NCBI GenBank assembly: GCA_051294905.1
Contig: CM119371.1
Span: forward strand, 11,410,001 to 11,474,000
Length of the DNA: 64,000 nucleotides
Reading direction: 5' to 3'
DNA from: Botryllus schlosseri
Lineage: Eukaryota
Under the pieces are notes generated by a model. The model worked only from the letters and a program-made list of their open reading frames with translations. It searched no databases and was not told the DNA's origin. Every line of letters begins with the position of its first letter. Within the stretch, counting starts at the first letter, position 1. Below, one piece after another: positions 53,781-64,000 of this stretch. The position numbers and the translations under genes are program-made.

Positions 53781-54028
53781 GTCCACACCAAATAGGCCAC
53801 TATGGACGCATTGTACGTTGAATTAAGTTCTCTTTCGTTAGGTCATATTTCATTGTGGGTCGCACAATGAAATTTTACATGAATAGTGGATTGTCAAAAA
53901 CTACATGAATACTTGAATCGAAATAGGTGCACTTTAATACTGGCCATTTCTTTCAATAACAGTGCTATTATATTCTAGCCTATTTATGTTGATTCCAGTG
54001 AAATCTGATCGGCCTAGTTTGGTTATAC

Positions 54029-54118
54029 CGGGTATTTCCTTTATCGTCGTCGTTGTTGTTATTGTCGTCGTTGGCGCAGTAGTGGTTGTGGTGGTAGTTG
54101 TAGTAGTTTTCCTTCGAC
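54029..54118 (-). CDS. Candidate mucin-like Thr-rich exon (RRKTTTTTTTTTTAPTTTITTTTTIKEIP)
   Basis: Thr run uses mixed codons (ACT/ACA/ACC/ACG) rather than a pure microsatellite; aaaag| ... CCCG|gtataa; 90 nt; phase 1-1. Confidence 0.45.
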
Positions 54119-55205
54119 CTTTTGAATAATTGATGCATGAAGTGACCATTGATAATAATAATCTAACCGACGCAGTCTTGTCAGTTTGCTAACTATACCT
54201 CAATCCTTGTATTAAGTTCAAATTCTTAAGCGGCATTGGTTTAACATTGCGGGCGTCGATATGATGATGGTTGACAGGGCCGAACACAATTTTCTATGAC
54301 AGTGTTTCCCACACTCTTTTTAGCTGGCACCTCTCTGAACAACGAACTAAGGATCAGAGGTACCCTACCCGCTGTGGATCGATCACTTCGCAGAAATGTC
54401 AACTCTGCAAACATGAGTAGCTTTGTACCATGTTTTGATGGCTGCAATGCTGGCTTACTGACAAAAAGTACCGAAACTTGTATTTTCGTTGTTATTAAAA
54501 CTTTTATTGGCAAAGGACGTATATTTATAGGTCACAACGACTTTTCGACTCTGATAAATATAAATATTACTCGAATCGGAATATACTACTCAAATAGTTG
54601 TGCACACGAGCATACCCTACCCTACAGCAGTGGTTTTCAACCGTCGATTTGTGTCAAGTTTTCAGCTAGTCCGACAAATAGATTTCAATGTAATTCTCAT
54701 ATGCAAAATGCAAGAGGTTGAAGGTTTTTCAATTAATTAGATAGCTAAAACAACTAATTTGGGACAGCGTTAGAAATTTAGAACATCATTTAGAACGCTT
54801 TCTGACGTACATGGTTCACCAAGTTTTTATTTCCGCAAGTTGTAGGCCTATACGGCTTAAAGGTAGCCTGCAATTCATTAAAAACCAGTGTTATATGAAA
54901 GACGAGAAGATTTTTTAAAAAAGTTTCGAAAATTCGGCGGTACGATTTAGCATCGTTTGACAGTGTAGTAGCATCAAGCAAACAGTCGAAAAGTGAAAAT
55001 AGAGTTGATGGTTTTGACAGGTCTTGGCCTTGCAAAAGCTACTACAGAACCGCACGTACACTGTAAATTCACAGCGTTGAATGAGACACAACATTGCGCA
55101 TAGGTATATACAATATTTGGCTGACACATATTATCGGCTGAGATCTGACATCGAGAATCCGCCATGTTGTGTGCACGTCCACACATCATCAGGGAATGTC
55201 ATAAG

Positions 55206-56067
55206 TAGGGCAATTTTTTTTTTGACCTAAAAAACGGAAGATTTTGACCTAAAAAATCTAAATTTTGACTTTTTTTGACCTAAAAAAACTGAAATTTGAC
55301 CAAATTTTGACCTCACGTATGCAAATTAGGTGTTTTCGCATATAATGTTAAAATTGTACTACTTATCGTCATTTCTGGTTGGAACTGTCTGTCCTTACAA
55401 AGTAGATTGGCCTGAAAAAACGTTTTTGGCTCAAAAACTGACTGATTTTTACATGAAAAACTAGTATTTTAACGAAATCTGGCCCTATGAAGAATTCCAC
55501 TAGTTACATTACGTATTCTGGTGGAAATAATTAAAATTTGTTGTAGTACAACAAAAGATCCTTTCCTACATTCTCGGGTAGAAAGTGTCTGTCCTTACTA
55601 CGTATCTTGCCAAGAACGGAGAAAGAACGTTCAACAGCAGCAGTTGTTGGCTGCCAACACTCAACTTGTGGGCACACTGCTGGTGACAAACCGTGTTGCT
55701 TCATGAAGCAATTTTTCAGCTTGTGCTTCTTGATATAAGAACCCTGCAATGGCCAAGCAGTCTTGTTTCAGCTAGGATATTGCGGTACGTTGACCATAAA
55801 ACCATGTCACTATTTGTTTCATTTGACCATTTATGATTCACAATGAGCAGACAATGGTCCGTTTACAACGGTAGGCCTATAAAGTAGGCTACAAGCTGTA
55901 AAATATCAAATGATAAGTTCACCGACAGCGCAAAATCTACGATACAAACGAAATGCAGAGGTCAAAAAATGTTTGAATTTGTAAACAATTTTGACAAATT
56001 TTGACCTAACGCTACAATTTTGACCTAATTTTGACTTTTTTTGACATGTCAAAAAAAAATTGCCCTA
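55206..56067 (-). mobile_element. Internally deleted hAT transposon
   Basis: TIR tagggcaatttttttt; TSD gtcataag; remnant QPTTAAVERSFSVLG..DRHFLPEN; TTTGAC repeats. Confidence 0.92.
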
Positions 56068-56761
56068 GTCATAAGATATGGGTTAATGCTCATATGATGT
56101 GTCTATGAGCTCACATGCATATCAGTATAGTCATTCCGGACGAATTTCCTGCGGTGTCAAACATTCATACCGGATATCAATTGAGAGGGAGTTTGAGAGG
56201 ACGCTGGCCAATCTTCACTCTGAAACTTCACGAAGTTACTATTGAGGTGATATATCATCCCAGGCAGCCTAAAGCGCGGCCTCGCCAAATGTGATTTGAT
56301 CGGTAAGTCCTAAGCTATAGATTTTTCTTCAGGCTGCAGTGTTTAATTAACAATATCATTACAGTTATAAATAACCAAGGTTGTAACCGACGGCGGTACC
56401 GGGCTTTAAGCAAATAGGTTGGTGATCAGATATTATGGTCGTGCTGTACCAATACCTGACTGACGACTAGCTGTCTTGAGGTTTGCTCTGATCTGACTTT
56501 ACATACCTGCGATAGTCACGTTAATCCTTATAGTTAATCGCTTGTTTCTCATTTCAGTTTATTATAAACAAATTATCAGATCAACATACCAAGAGATTGC
56601 GATAAAATAAAAAGGTGATCATATTATTTCCCTACCGAACATGCTGAAGAAATTTATAATACAAATATGTATGAAACACCCCGACGTTGAACATTTTACT
56701 TGTATCCGGTACCGCTGTCATTGCCATCGAACAACAGTGTAGCAATCATTCAGCTATTAGT

Positions 56762-57219
56762 TAGGCTTACCATATTTTGAAAATGTAAAAAGAGGACACT
56801 TTTTCAGAAATTTGCAAGATGCAAAAGCGGAGTAGAATTCTCAAAAACCGGTGAATTTTTCCCATTTTGTGATCGGTTGACTAAAAAAAAATAAAAAAAA
56901 AAGGTCATCACTTCCGCTCAGAGCTCAAAGTACCGTTTTTTTCTCCACATTACCAGGTGGATGACTAAAAAAAAAGGTCTTAACTAAAAAAAAAAGGTCA
57001 TCTGAAATCACCGTTTTTACACTCCGAAATACCCGCCGGAGCTTCACTTCTGTGCTAATATGCGGCATATCATTCGCAATTTGCTCTAAATCTGCCTAAA
57101 TTTTCAAAAAAGAGGACAAAATCTCAAAAAAGAGGACAAAAGGGCGTCCTCCGTGGACACTTTCAAAAAAGTCAAAAAAGAAGACAAATCCTCTTAAAAG
57201 AGGACGTATGGTAAGCCTA
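56762..57219. mobile_element. hAT-type MITE (AGAGGAC repeats) at the copia LTR boundary
   Basis: TIR taggcttaccata; flanks tattagt/tatttgt; relatives at ~5824-5890 and ~63135-63237. Confidence 0.85.
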
Positions 57220-57225
57220 TATTTG

Positions 57226-59805
57226 TGTTGAATTCTAACAGCAGACACGCCATAACTACCAAGTGTGAGCTGGTTTATTGTCAAGGCAGGAACGCGAGTT
57301 CCTCACACAGCAGCAGAATAATCATCAATCATTCACATTACAACACTCCCACTTGATTGATATTTCAATGCTAAAGCATTTCGAGAGCCATTATCCCTTT
57401 CTAGTTCCAGAAAGTGTCACAGATAGTGGAAACACATTTTGGTATCAGACTAACCATATCTATCAATCAAATTGCAAATGTATCGTTTTTGATGCAAATA
57501 GATACACTTCTCAGTGTGCTCTTGCTTAATGCAAACATCAAGGCAGTAATGCGATTCACCGATACCCGCCATGCAAAATTCAGGGCCGAAGTTATACTTC
57601 ACTTCAGTTAGTCGATCATAAGACGGCGAAGCCAAAATGACATCATCAACAATGAACAGATTCTTATCAGTGCATGTAACGCATGAGTCAGAATAACAGT
57701 GTTTGAACCCGATCGACTCAAAGTACTGATTAAGCACAATGTTCCAACAGCTTTGCGGCTGTTTCAATACATACAAAGCCTGATAACACACCAAATGTTC
57801 AGAACCAAATGCAATATAACCAGGTGTTCGATTAATATAGATGTCTTCTTCAAGCAGACAATTCATGAATGCAGTATCAACATCCATCTGATGTAACATA
57901 TCGTTTTCAGGTGCTACAGATAGCACAGCTCGATTCGAGACAAATCTGACAACTGGTGAATATGTCTCATTATCATTTATGCCGCATTTTATTTCGAATA
58001 CCGAGGGGCATTCAGCTGGTGCAGTTTCTTGTGGTTGCTCCACAACACTCCAGGTTTCATTCTTCAACAGAGAAGCGTATTCCCTGTCAGCAGCATTTTT
58101 GCGCTCACTTGAATGTGGTGATTTCATAGCCTCATCAAAGATTATAGGTTCACATATTCCAGCAGCTGCAAATGCAGTGTGTTCAGTACCAGTCCTCCCA
58201 TCAGTTGATTCATCAGGCACATCATCATACTGGTTATATCCATTTCTAGTAAGGTGGTTTTCAGATATCATTTCTCCCACTGGTTCAACATGTCCATTGG
58301 CAATATTTATTGTGTCAGATGTAACATGACGGCAACACAGTCTGTACAGTCTTCCTGCCACTGAGCCAGTTCCACAAAGCCTTCCATGCTTATTGTAGAT
58401 TCTGCATTCATATCCAATAAATGCAACTTTGCCACCAAATTTACTTGCTGCTCGCACAGAAAAAAGGTTGCTTGCCAGCTTCGGAACGTATAAAACCTTT
58501 TTGAGTGTCACAGTTACATTTTCTTTATTTTCAAGAAACATTTCAAGGTTTACTTTTCCAATTCCAAAGGCTGAAACGGTGCTACCATCGGCTAAGTGAA
58601 TGGGTCGAGGAACCTCAAATTCTTTGTAGTCCGAGATTGATTCTTTCACTTTCGACATGTGCTTTGATGCACCACTGTCTACATTCCAGCTTGGATCAGG
58701 ATCAGCATCATCACAAACTTCTTGACCACCAACAGAAAATGTGTATTCTTCATCACTGTCATCAGACTCTTGACATTCGTGATACAGGTGACCAAATTTG
58801 TCGTAGTTATAGCATCGTAATTTCTTTATCGACACCATTGCTGATTCTTCCAGTTCATAGCGATTTTGTTTACTCCTTTTTTGCTTGCCATACAGCTTAT
58901 CTTCTTCATTCAAAATTGCTCTTTGAACAAATTTCAACTTGAGACCTGGTTCGCTATGAGTTTCCAGGGCAGTGACCAAGGTTGCGGAAGGCTTAGGTAA
59001 ACTTCCCAGCAACGCTACAACTTGCAGTGTTTCTTCTACTGGCGAGCCAAGAGCAGCTATTTGATCAGTCAATTTCTTCATATATTTCAAATGACTCTTG
59101 ACTGAGTCATACTGATTCATTTCACATCGAAAATACGACTTCATAAGCAAAAGTCTATTACCGGCGGAGTCACCTTCAAAGTGTTCCTTCAAGGCATTCC
59201 AAGCATCCGCAGGCGTATTGCAGGATGTTATTAAATACAGTTGCGACGTAGAGACAGCCAAAGTAATGATGGCTAACGCCTTATCTAACTTCTTCTGATG
59301 TTCCCTTGTCTGCTGTTGATTTGCGCCTCCTGGCAACACTTCCGGTCCATCAACATATTGGAATAATTCCTTCGCCTTCAGCAAACAAGTTATCTGGTAT
59401 TTCCACGTCAGCCAGTTATCACTATGCAGTTTGTCCGCCGTGAATTTCTGTACTTCACCGGACGCCATAGTAGTCATTATGCTCCAACGCAAATTGTAGA
59501 AACTGTAAGCTCTCCGTACGATCCAATATTCTCAATATCTCTTCTTCGGATCCCCAAACTCGTTACTTGCCGCAGCGGGAGCGTGCTGGTCCCATAACCT
59601 GTTGCATTCTAACAGCAGACACGCCACAACTACCAAGTGTGAGCTGGTTTATTGTCAAGGCAGGAACGCGAGTTCCTCACACAGCAGCAGAATACAAGGA
59701 ATAATCCAGATTACATAGTAGCACGTGCACAGTAACGAAAAGGGGCAACACTAAAGGTTGCTGTCTAGCACAATCAATTAATCATCAATCATTCACATTA
59801 CAACA
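57226..59805 (-). mobile_element. Ty1/copia LTR retrotransposon, internal-deletion derivative
   Basis: TG..CA LTRs at 59600-59805 and 57226-57345; PBS ggttatgggaccag; PPT agtgggag; 5-bp TSD attag. Confidence 0.95.
57450..59477 (-). CDS. Copia gag-protease fused to a truncated RT (integrase and RNase H absent)
   Basis: NWLTWK gag N-terminus, degenerate knuckle CYNYDKFGHLYHEC, protease VDSGAS, RT motifs ETYSPV, QMDVDTAFMN and IVDD; a single open frame. Confidence 0.9.
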   Translation of the reverse strand: MTTMASGEVQKFTADKLHSDNWLTWKYQITCLLKAKELFQYVDGPEVLPGGANQQQTREHQKKLDKALAIITLAVSTSQLYLITSCNTPADAWNALKEHFEGDSAGNRLLLMKSYFRCEMNQYDSVKSHLKYMKKLTDQIAALGSPVEETLQVVALLGSLPKPSATLVTALETHSEPGLKLKFVQRAILNEEDKLYGKQKRSKQNRYELEESAMVSIKKLRCYNYDKFGHLYHECQESDDSDEEYTFSVGGQEVCDDADPDPSWNVDSGASKHMSKVKESISDYKEFEVPRPIHLADGSTVSAFGIGKVNLEMFLENKENVTVTLKKVLYVPKLASNLFSVRAASKFGGKVAFIGYECRIYNKHGRLCGTGSVAGRLYRLCCRHVTSDTINIANGHVEPVGEMISENHLTRNGYNQYDDVPDESTDGRTGTEHTAFAAAGICEPIIFDEAMKSPHSSERKNAADREYASLLKNETWSVVEQPQETAPAECPSVFEIKCGINDNETYSPVVRFVSNRAVLSVAPENDMLHQMDVDTAFMNCLLEEDIYINRTPGYIAFGSEHLVCYQALYVLKQPQSCWNIVLNQYFESIGFKHCYSDSCVTCTDKNLFIVDDVILASPSYDRLTEVKYNFGPEFCMAGIGESHYCLDVCIKQEHTEKCIYLHQKRYICNLIDRYG

Positions 59806-62602
59806 ATTAGTAGTCCCCTTTGTATTTTATCATTGATCTTTACGCATGACTTACTGAGTCACGTGATTGTATGACGCAATCCTGAGACAATCGATCGTTA
59901 CCACGCACTCATGCAGGACCAGAGCGAGTGAGATATACCGTGAATCTGTGGGTCTTTGTTACGTGAATCTAAATAGCATATAGCGAGGAAATGGAGATGT
60001 TTTTAGTTCAAAACGGAATTGAGTGGGAGCACATTGATTTACTGCAAGGTAATTCGTTTATGTAAATTTTCAACATCATCTGTAAATAATGTTATGTTCA
60101 TGTTATCGAGTTTCACATACAGCACCAGCGCCCAGCGGTATGAGTAGATTTAGATTACCTATTTTCGATCTAGCAGCTTGATGCGCCAAAAGAGCAGACC
60201 ATGAAAATGGGAGCTAGTGCTGTTTAATAATTTCATCTGAAGATATCATAATAGACCTAGTGATGAAACCTCATTTGCAGATGAAGTTATGTACATCTTT
60301 CTTTGCACTTGGTGTGTTTCAATTACTTGATATGGTTTGGTAGAATGTCTAATGGAAAGTGTTATTTGTGCCCTTTTATCGCAACTATCGATTTGCTGTC
60401 TACACATTTATTGTCACAGACAACATCCTAATGTTATCATGTCATGCAGGATCTGTGGCATAGTGTATTCAAATATGAAGATCTCTGTAGCCATTGTAAA
60501 AGGAGACACAAAAATATGAAGACTGCCCGAATCCTCTCCGAATTCAATATATTTTGTATTAAAGTGCATTCATGATCAAATGCTTTTCAGTATTACTTCT
60601 CGAAAAAGCTGTCGCAAAAGTTGAGGAATCTCAGACAAAAGACGAAGGCATCTGGTACGTGTTCATGAAGAGCGCATGCTTTGTGTCCAGGCTCACCAGG
60701 TGATTGGGATGATTGTTATTCTTTTTTTTATCATTTATAAGTTTCATATTGTTCAAAAGGTCACCCTAATATAACGATTGAAGATGCCAGGGTGCAGTTG
60801 GAAACAGAGTTCAATAGACCTGGCGCCAATTGGCTGAGTGTCATCACTCTCATGAAGTACACTCATCACGACAGACGTAATCAGTTGGAGGTGCTAGAAT
60901 TTGGTGGCGTTGCTGAAATTTTGAAGAGCTTTCCAATGCTGCAAGATATTAGACTGGAGAGTTCTTTCATTCCTTACAGATGACTTCAATTTGCAGTCAT
61001 AACTTCGAAAATCAGTAAAATGAAATTGTTTGTGTGCCTCGGCAAATTAAGCAATTATATTGCCTATGTATCTTCCTATTGTATTAATATACACTGTTTT
61101 CCTATTACACAACATGTGTACACTGTACCAGCCTTGTACAACTAGTAGATTTTCAGCTCTTCCAAATCGAATTAGATTAGAATTAAAGCGCAGTTTTTTC
61201 CAAATTAGATTACAATTAGAATTACTCAATTTGCAAAAACTTGAAAATAGACAGAAATTATGAATGACAAGGGAATCCAGCCAAATTCAAGCTTAGTTCA
61301 TAGGAACGAGCATGAGATTGGTTAGCGTCTGTGCACCATAGCTGAAAAGTATGACGTGATGCTGCACGAGACGGATATTTTTGTTAGCTTACTACCAAAT
61401 ACCATAATCAATTGGACATTTTCAGAAGAATTATGAATATGATCAGAATTGAAAGAATATGGAAACATTCAACTAATTGGGTTATAATTAAATTAATGAG
61501 ATTTCGTGATACCATATGCTGAAAATAATTCAATTATTGTGATGATTAAATAAAGAAAATCTAATTATGTTCGTATCAAGATAAGTTAGTGAATAACTAT
61601 GTATTTTAAAATAAATAATATGGATGAATTTACTTACTCTAACTAACCTGTTTAAGTGATGTGCATATTCATGACTAACAGCTCTGAGTAGCGCGTTGTT
61701 ATTCCCAATAGATCAGACATGAGTTTCAACTGCTTGTTGATAGAAGAAATGCATGAGAAGTACATGGAAATGCTTCTCACTCTTGATAAAGTTTTTGGAG
61801 AGCAGACTGATCGAGAGGTTTGTATTATGTTTGATAATTAACAGTGCTACAGTCATAGGCGCCGACTTATATTTTTGCATTGGGTGGCGGCAGGCGCGTA
61901 GTCAGGGGGTGTCGAAATCCCTCTTTTTGAAACGCAAAACAACGATCTTTTGAAATGACCATTCTGACTCTAATATTCAGTTGCAATTCAACAAGTCGTA
62001 TTATCGGTGTTACGCGGGGCCGCGACCAATTAGCAATATTCGTCTGTGCACGCATATCGCACAAGGCACAATGCTACGCGACGCGATTTCCCGCTGAAAT
62101 ATTTTGAACGCGGCTTGCGGCCCTCATCGATGCAAATAATGCACTTTAATTTGTAGAAGGTCAGAAGGTGTATTTGTTCGTCAAATCGCGATAGGAGATG
62201 GTGTTTGTCAGAGCGCGCGCTGAAATCTACGTTTCTAACGATGAGGTCGAATTTGTACATCTAATTAGGAAATCAGCATAGAATGTTGTCGTTCAAACTA
62301 ATCGAATAAATTAAGAATTTGCGCCATCGCGAATCTCCCGTTGCATCAATTTTCGACAACGTAATTCGACCCCGTGTACTGCAGAATGCGCAGTACTAAT
62401 AACAAATCAAACACTGACAAGTGACACCTAGGGAATACAAGTCTATAAAGCAGACAAGAATTAGTAGCCTTCAGATGATAGCAAACTAGATAGCGCGCAT
62501 CTAATCAGTAATTCCACAACTTGCGTACAGCGCTAATGCCCAAACTTGCCTTTATCTGAAATGGAATGTGATGGCTGGAATGGACACTTTTGAATTGCAG
62601 GA

Positions 62603-62780
62603 ATGCTTCTCGCCTGTCTATTATGGTTCTTGTTAGTCCTTCACCTGTCTATTATGAATGCAATTATTCGCAGGGAAATGAAGACGATGAAATTCATATC
62701 CTGCTCGAACTGCAGAAGACTCTCGAATAGACAAGAAAATAAAGTCGAACCATGGTTTGAGTGCGATATGTCTTTGTCAG
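62603..62780 (+). CDS. Candidate first coding exon of a secreted or membrane protein
   Basis: ttgcag|GA ATG, hydrophobic signal-like MLLACLLWFLLVLHLSIMNA, strong donor CAG|gtaaga. Confidence 0.35.
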
Positions 62781-63589
62781 GTAAGATTTGCTACCAGTCT
62801 AGTATGGATCTGCTTCAGTTTAGATATAAATAGAAGTTCTATCAAATAGAATCTTTATATATGATTGAAATTCTTTAGCCGTCCCAAAACGAAGGTATAT
62901 TATGCTATGCTAAACACTGCGCTCGACGTAATGGAGCTGCAAAATTTTGTATTAGGACCAACTGACGTGGCTGCGCGTCATCGATTCTTAACTCGTTGCG
63001 AAAATATGCGATGGTTAAGTTAACGCACTAGAAACGCGGAAGCTCGAGCGTTATGGGTCTTATGCAAAATTCATTCAAGTTATGTTTATCATATTTTAGA
63101 ATCAGGAAAGGAGGATTTTCACACTAACAGTATTGGAGTTGCCAAAAAGGAAGACATTTGGGCGTCCTAGGACGACAATTTCAAAAACTTGAAAAAGGAG
63201 GACAACTCCTCCTAAAGGATGTCGTATGTTAACCCTAATTTAATTGCAGCACCATTACGGTGACTTTCTGAAGACAATGTCTACGGCAAATTTTTTTCGA
63301 CCTGCGATTTGATTTGAGACCACCACATTTTTATAGCGCAGTGCCCCTCTAAGATTAAGCAGCTAACAAATTATGATCGAACGAGGTCCGAGGTTCATTG
63401 GTATCCCTTAAGATTCTGATGCTGTAGAGAAATTTATGCATCTGAACACAATTGGTGCATCAATTAATGCTTCAATTTATAATCGAATACTATAACAACT
63501 TATAATCAATTTGCCCTTTGGAGCTAAGCTTGTTAACGGTGCACTGCACTCTAAAAACTATGTGGTCTCAAATTCAAGGGCGAAACGAG

Positions 63590-64000
63590 AAAATTTTTCA
63601 GGCCGCAGCCATTTTCTTCAAAACGCCACCGTAATGGAGCTGCAATTTATTAAATTTTCCACAGGGGAATCATACTCTAGCAGTCGCGCAAAAATCGAAC
63701 TTTATATATTTGTCAGCTGATGCTATGAAGGAAATATTTCGTACACGCCCTATGTCCCAAAAAATAGAATACACTAGGCCCGATTTTGACATAAATCTCC
63801 TGACTGAACATCTTCCGTTGAACGCGGTATCCAAACCACCTTTGAGTGTACGACATATTTCCTTCATAATAACATCGGCTGACAACGATATAAAGTTCGA
63901 TTTCTGCGTGACTGCTGGAGCATGATTCCGATGTGGAAAATTCAATAAATTGCAGCTTCTTTACGGTGGCGTTCTGAAGAAAATGGCTGCGGCCTGAAAA
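63590..64000. repeat. Fold-back element running off the window end
   Basis: 63595-63740 is reverse-complementary to 63855-64000; shorter related pieces near 62920 and 63255. Confidence 0.75.

Larger units (their letters stand above)
50777..53804. mobile_element. Palindromic MITE with CAT...ATG ends (P-element-like), interrupted near its right end
   Basis: 50777-51030 is reverse-complementary to ~51170-51420 + 53789-53804; flanks gatgcat/gacgcat. Confidence 0.7.

Noticed and set aside
59569..59599. tRNA-Met gene
   Set aside because: Only 31 nt and directly adjacent to the LTR: a primer-binding site.

Overview
Eukaryotic, AT-rich, transposon-dense invertebrate DNA; short ~60-nt introns and many hAT-type MITEs suggest a tunicate or other deuterostome (inference only). 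The main host feature is a minus-strand, multi-exon NLR-like gene. I reconstruct it by hand as a candidate N-terminal exon (32402-32250), a 1413-nt NACHT exon (22794-21382) and a helical/LRR exon (9399-9092). These are followed by at least five intact copies of an unusual ~90-aa C-terminal module, each encoded by a pair of phase-0 exons (A ~40 aa, B ~50 aa). The array shows a recent unequal-crossover duplication (470-bp period) and one apparently dead module. The rest is mostly mobile DNA: a six-level nest in the 12-kb NACHT intron (16-bp minisatellite element > hAT MITE > Penelope GIY-YIG fragment > ISL2EU/Harbinger element > hAT MITE > hAT MITE), a recently inactivated 8-exon hAT transposase, a 2.6-kb Ty1/copia deletion derivative with an open 680-aa ORF and a 31-nt half-tRNAiMet primer site, two tRNA-derived SINEs and several fold-back elements. 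Exon models are manual and unverified by transcripts. The true 5' and 3' ends of the NLR gene are unresolved.
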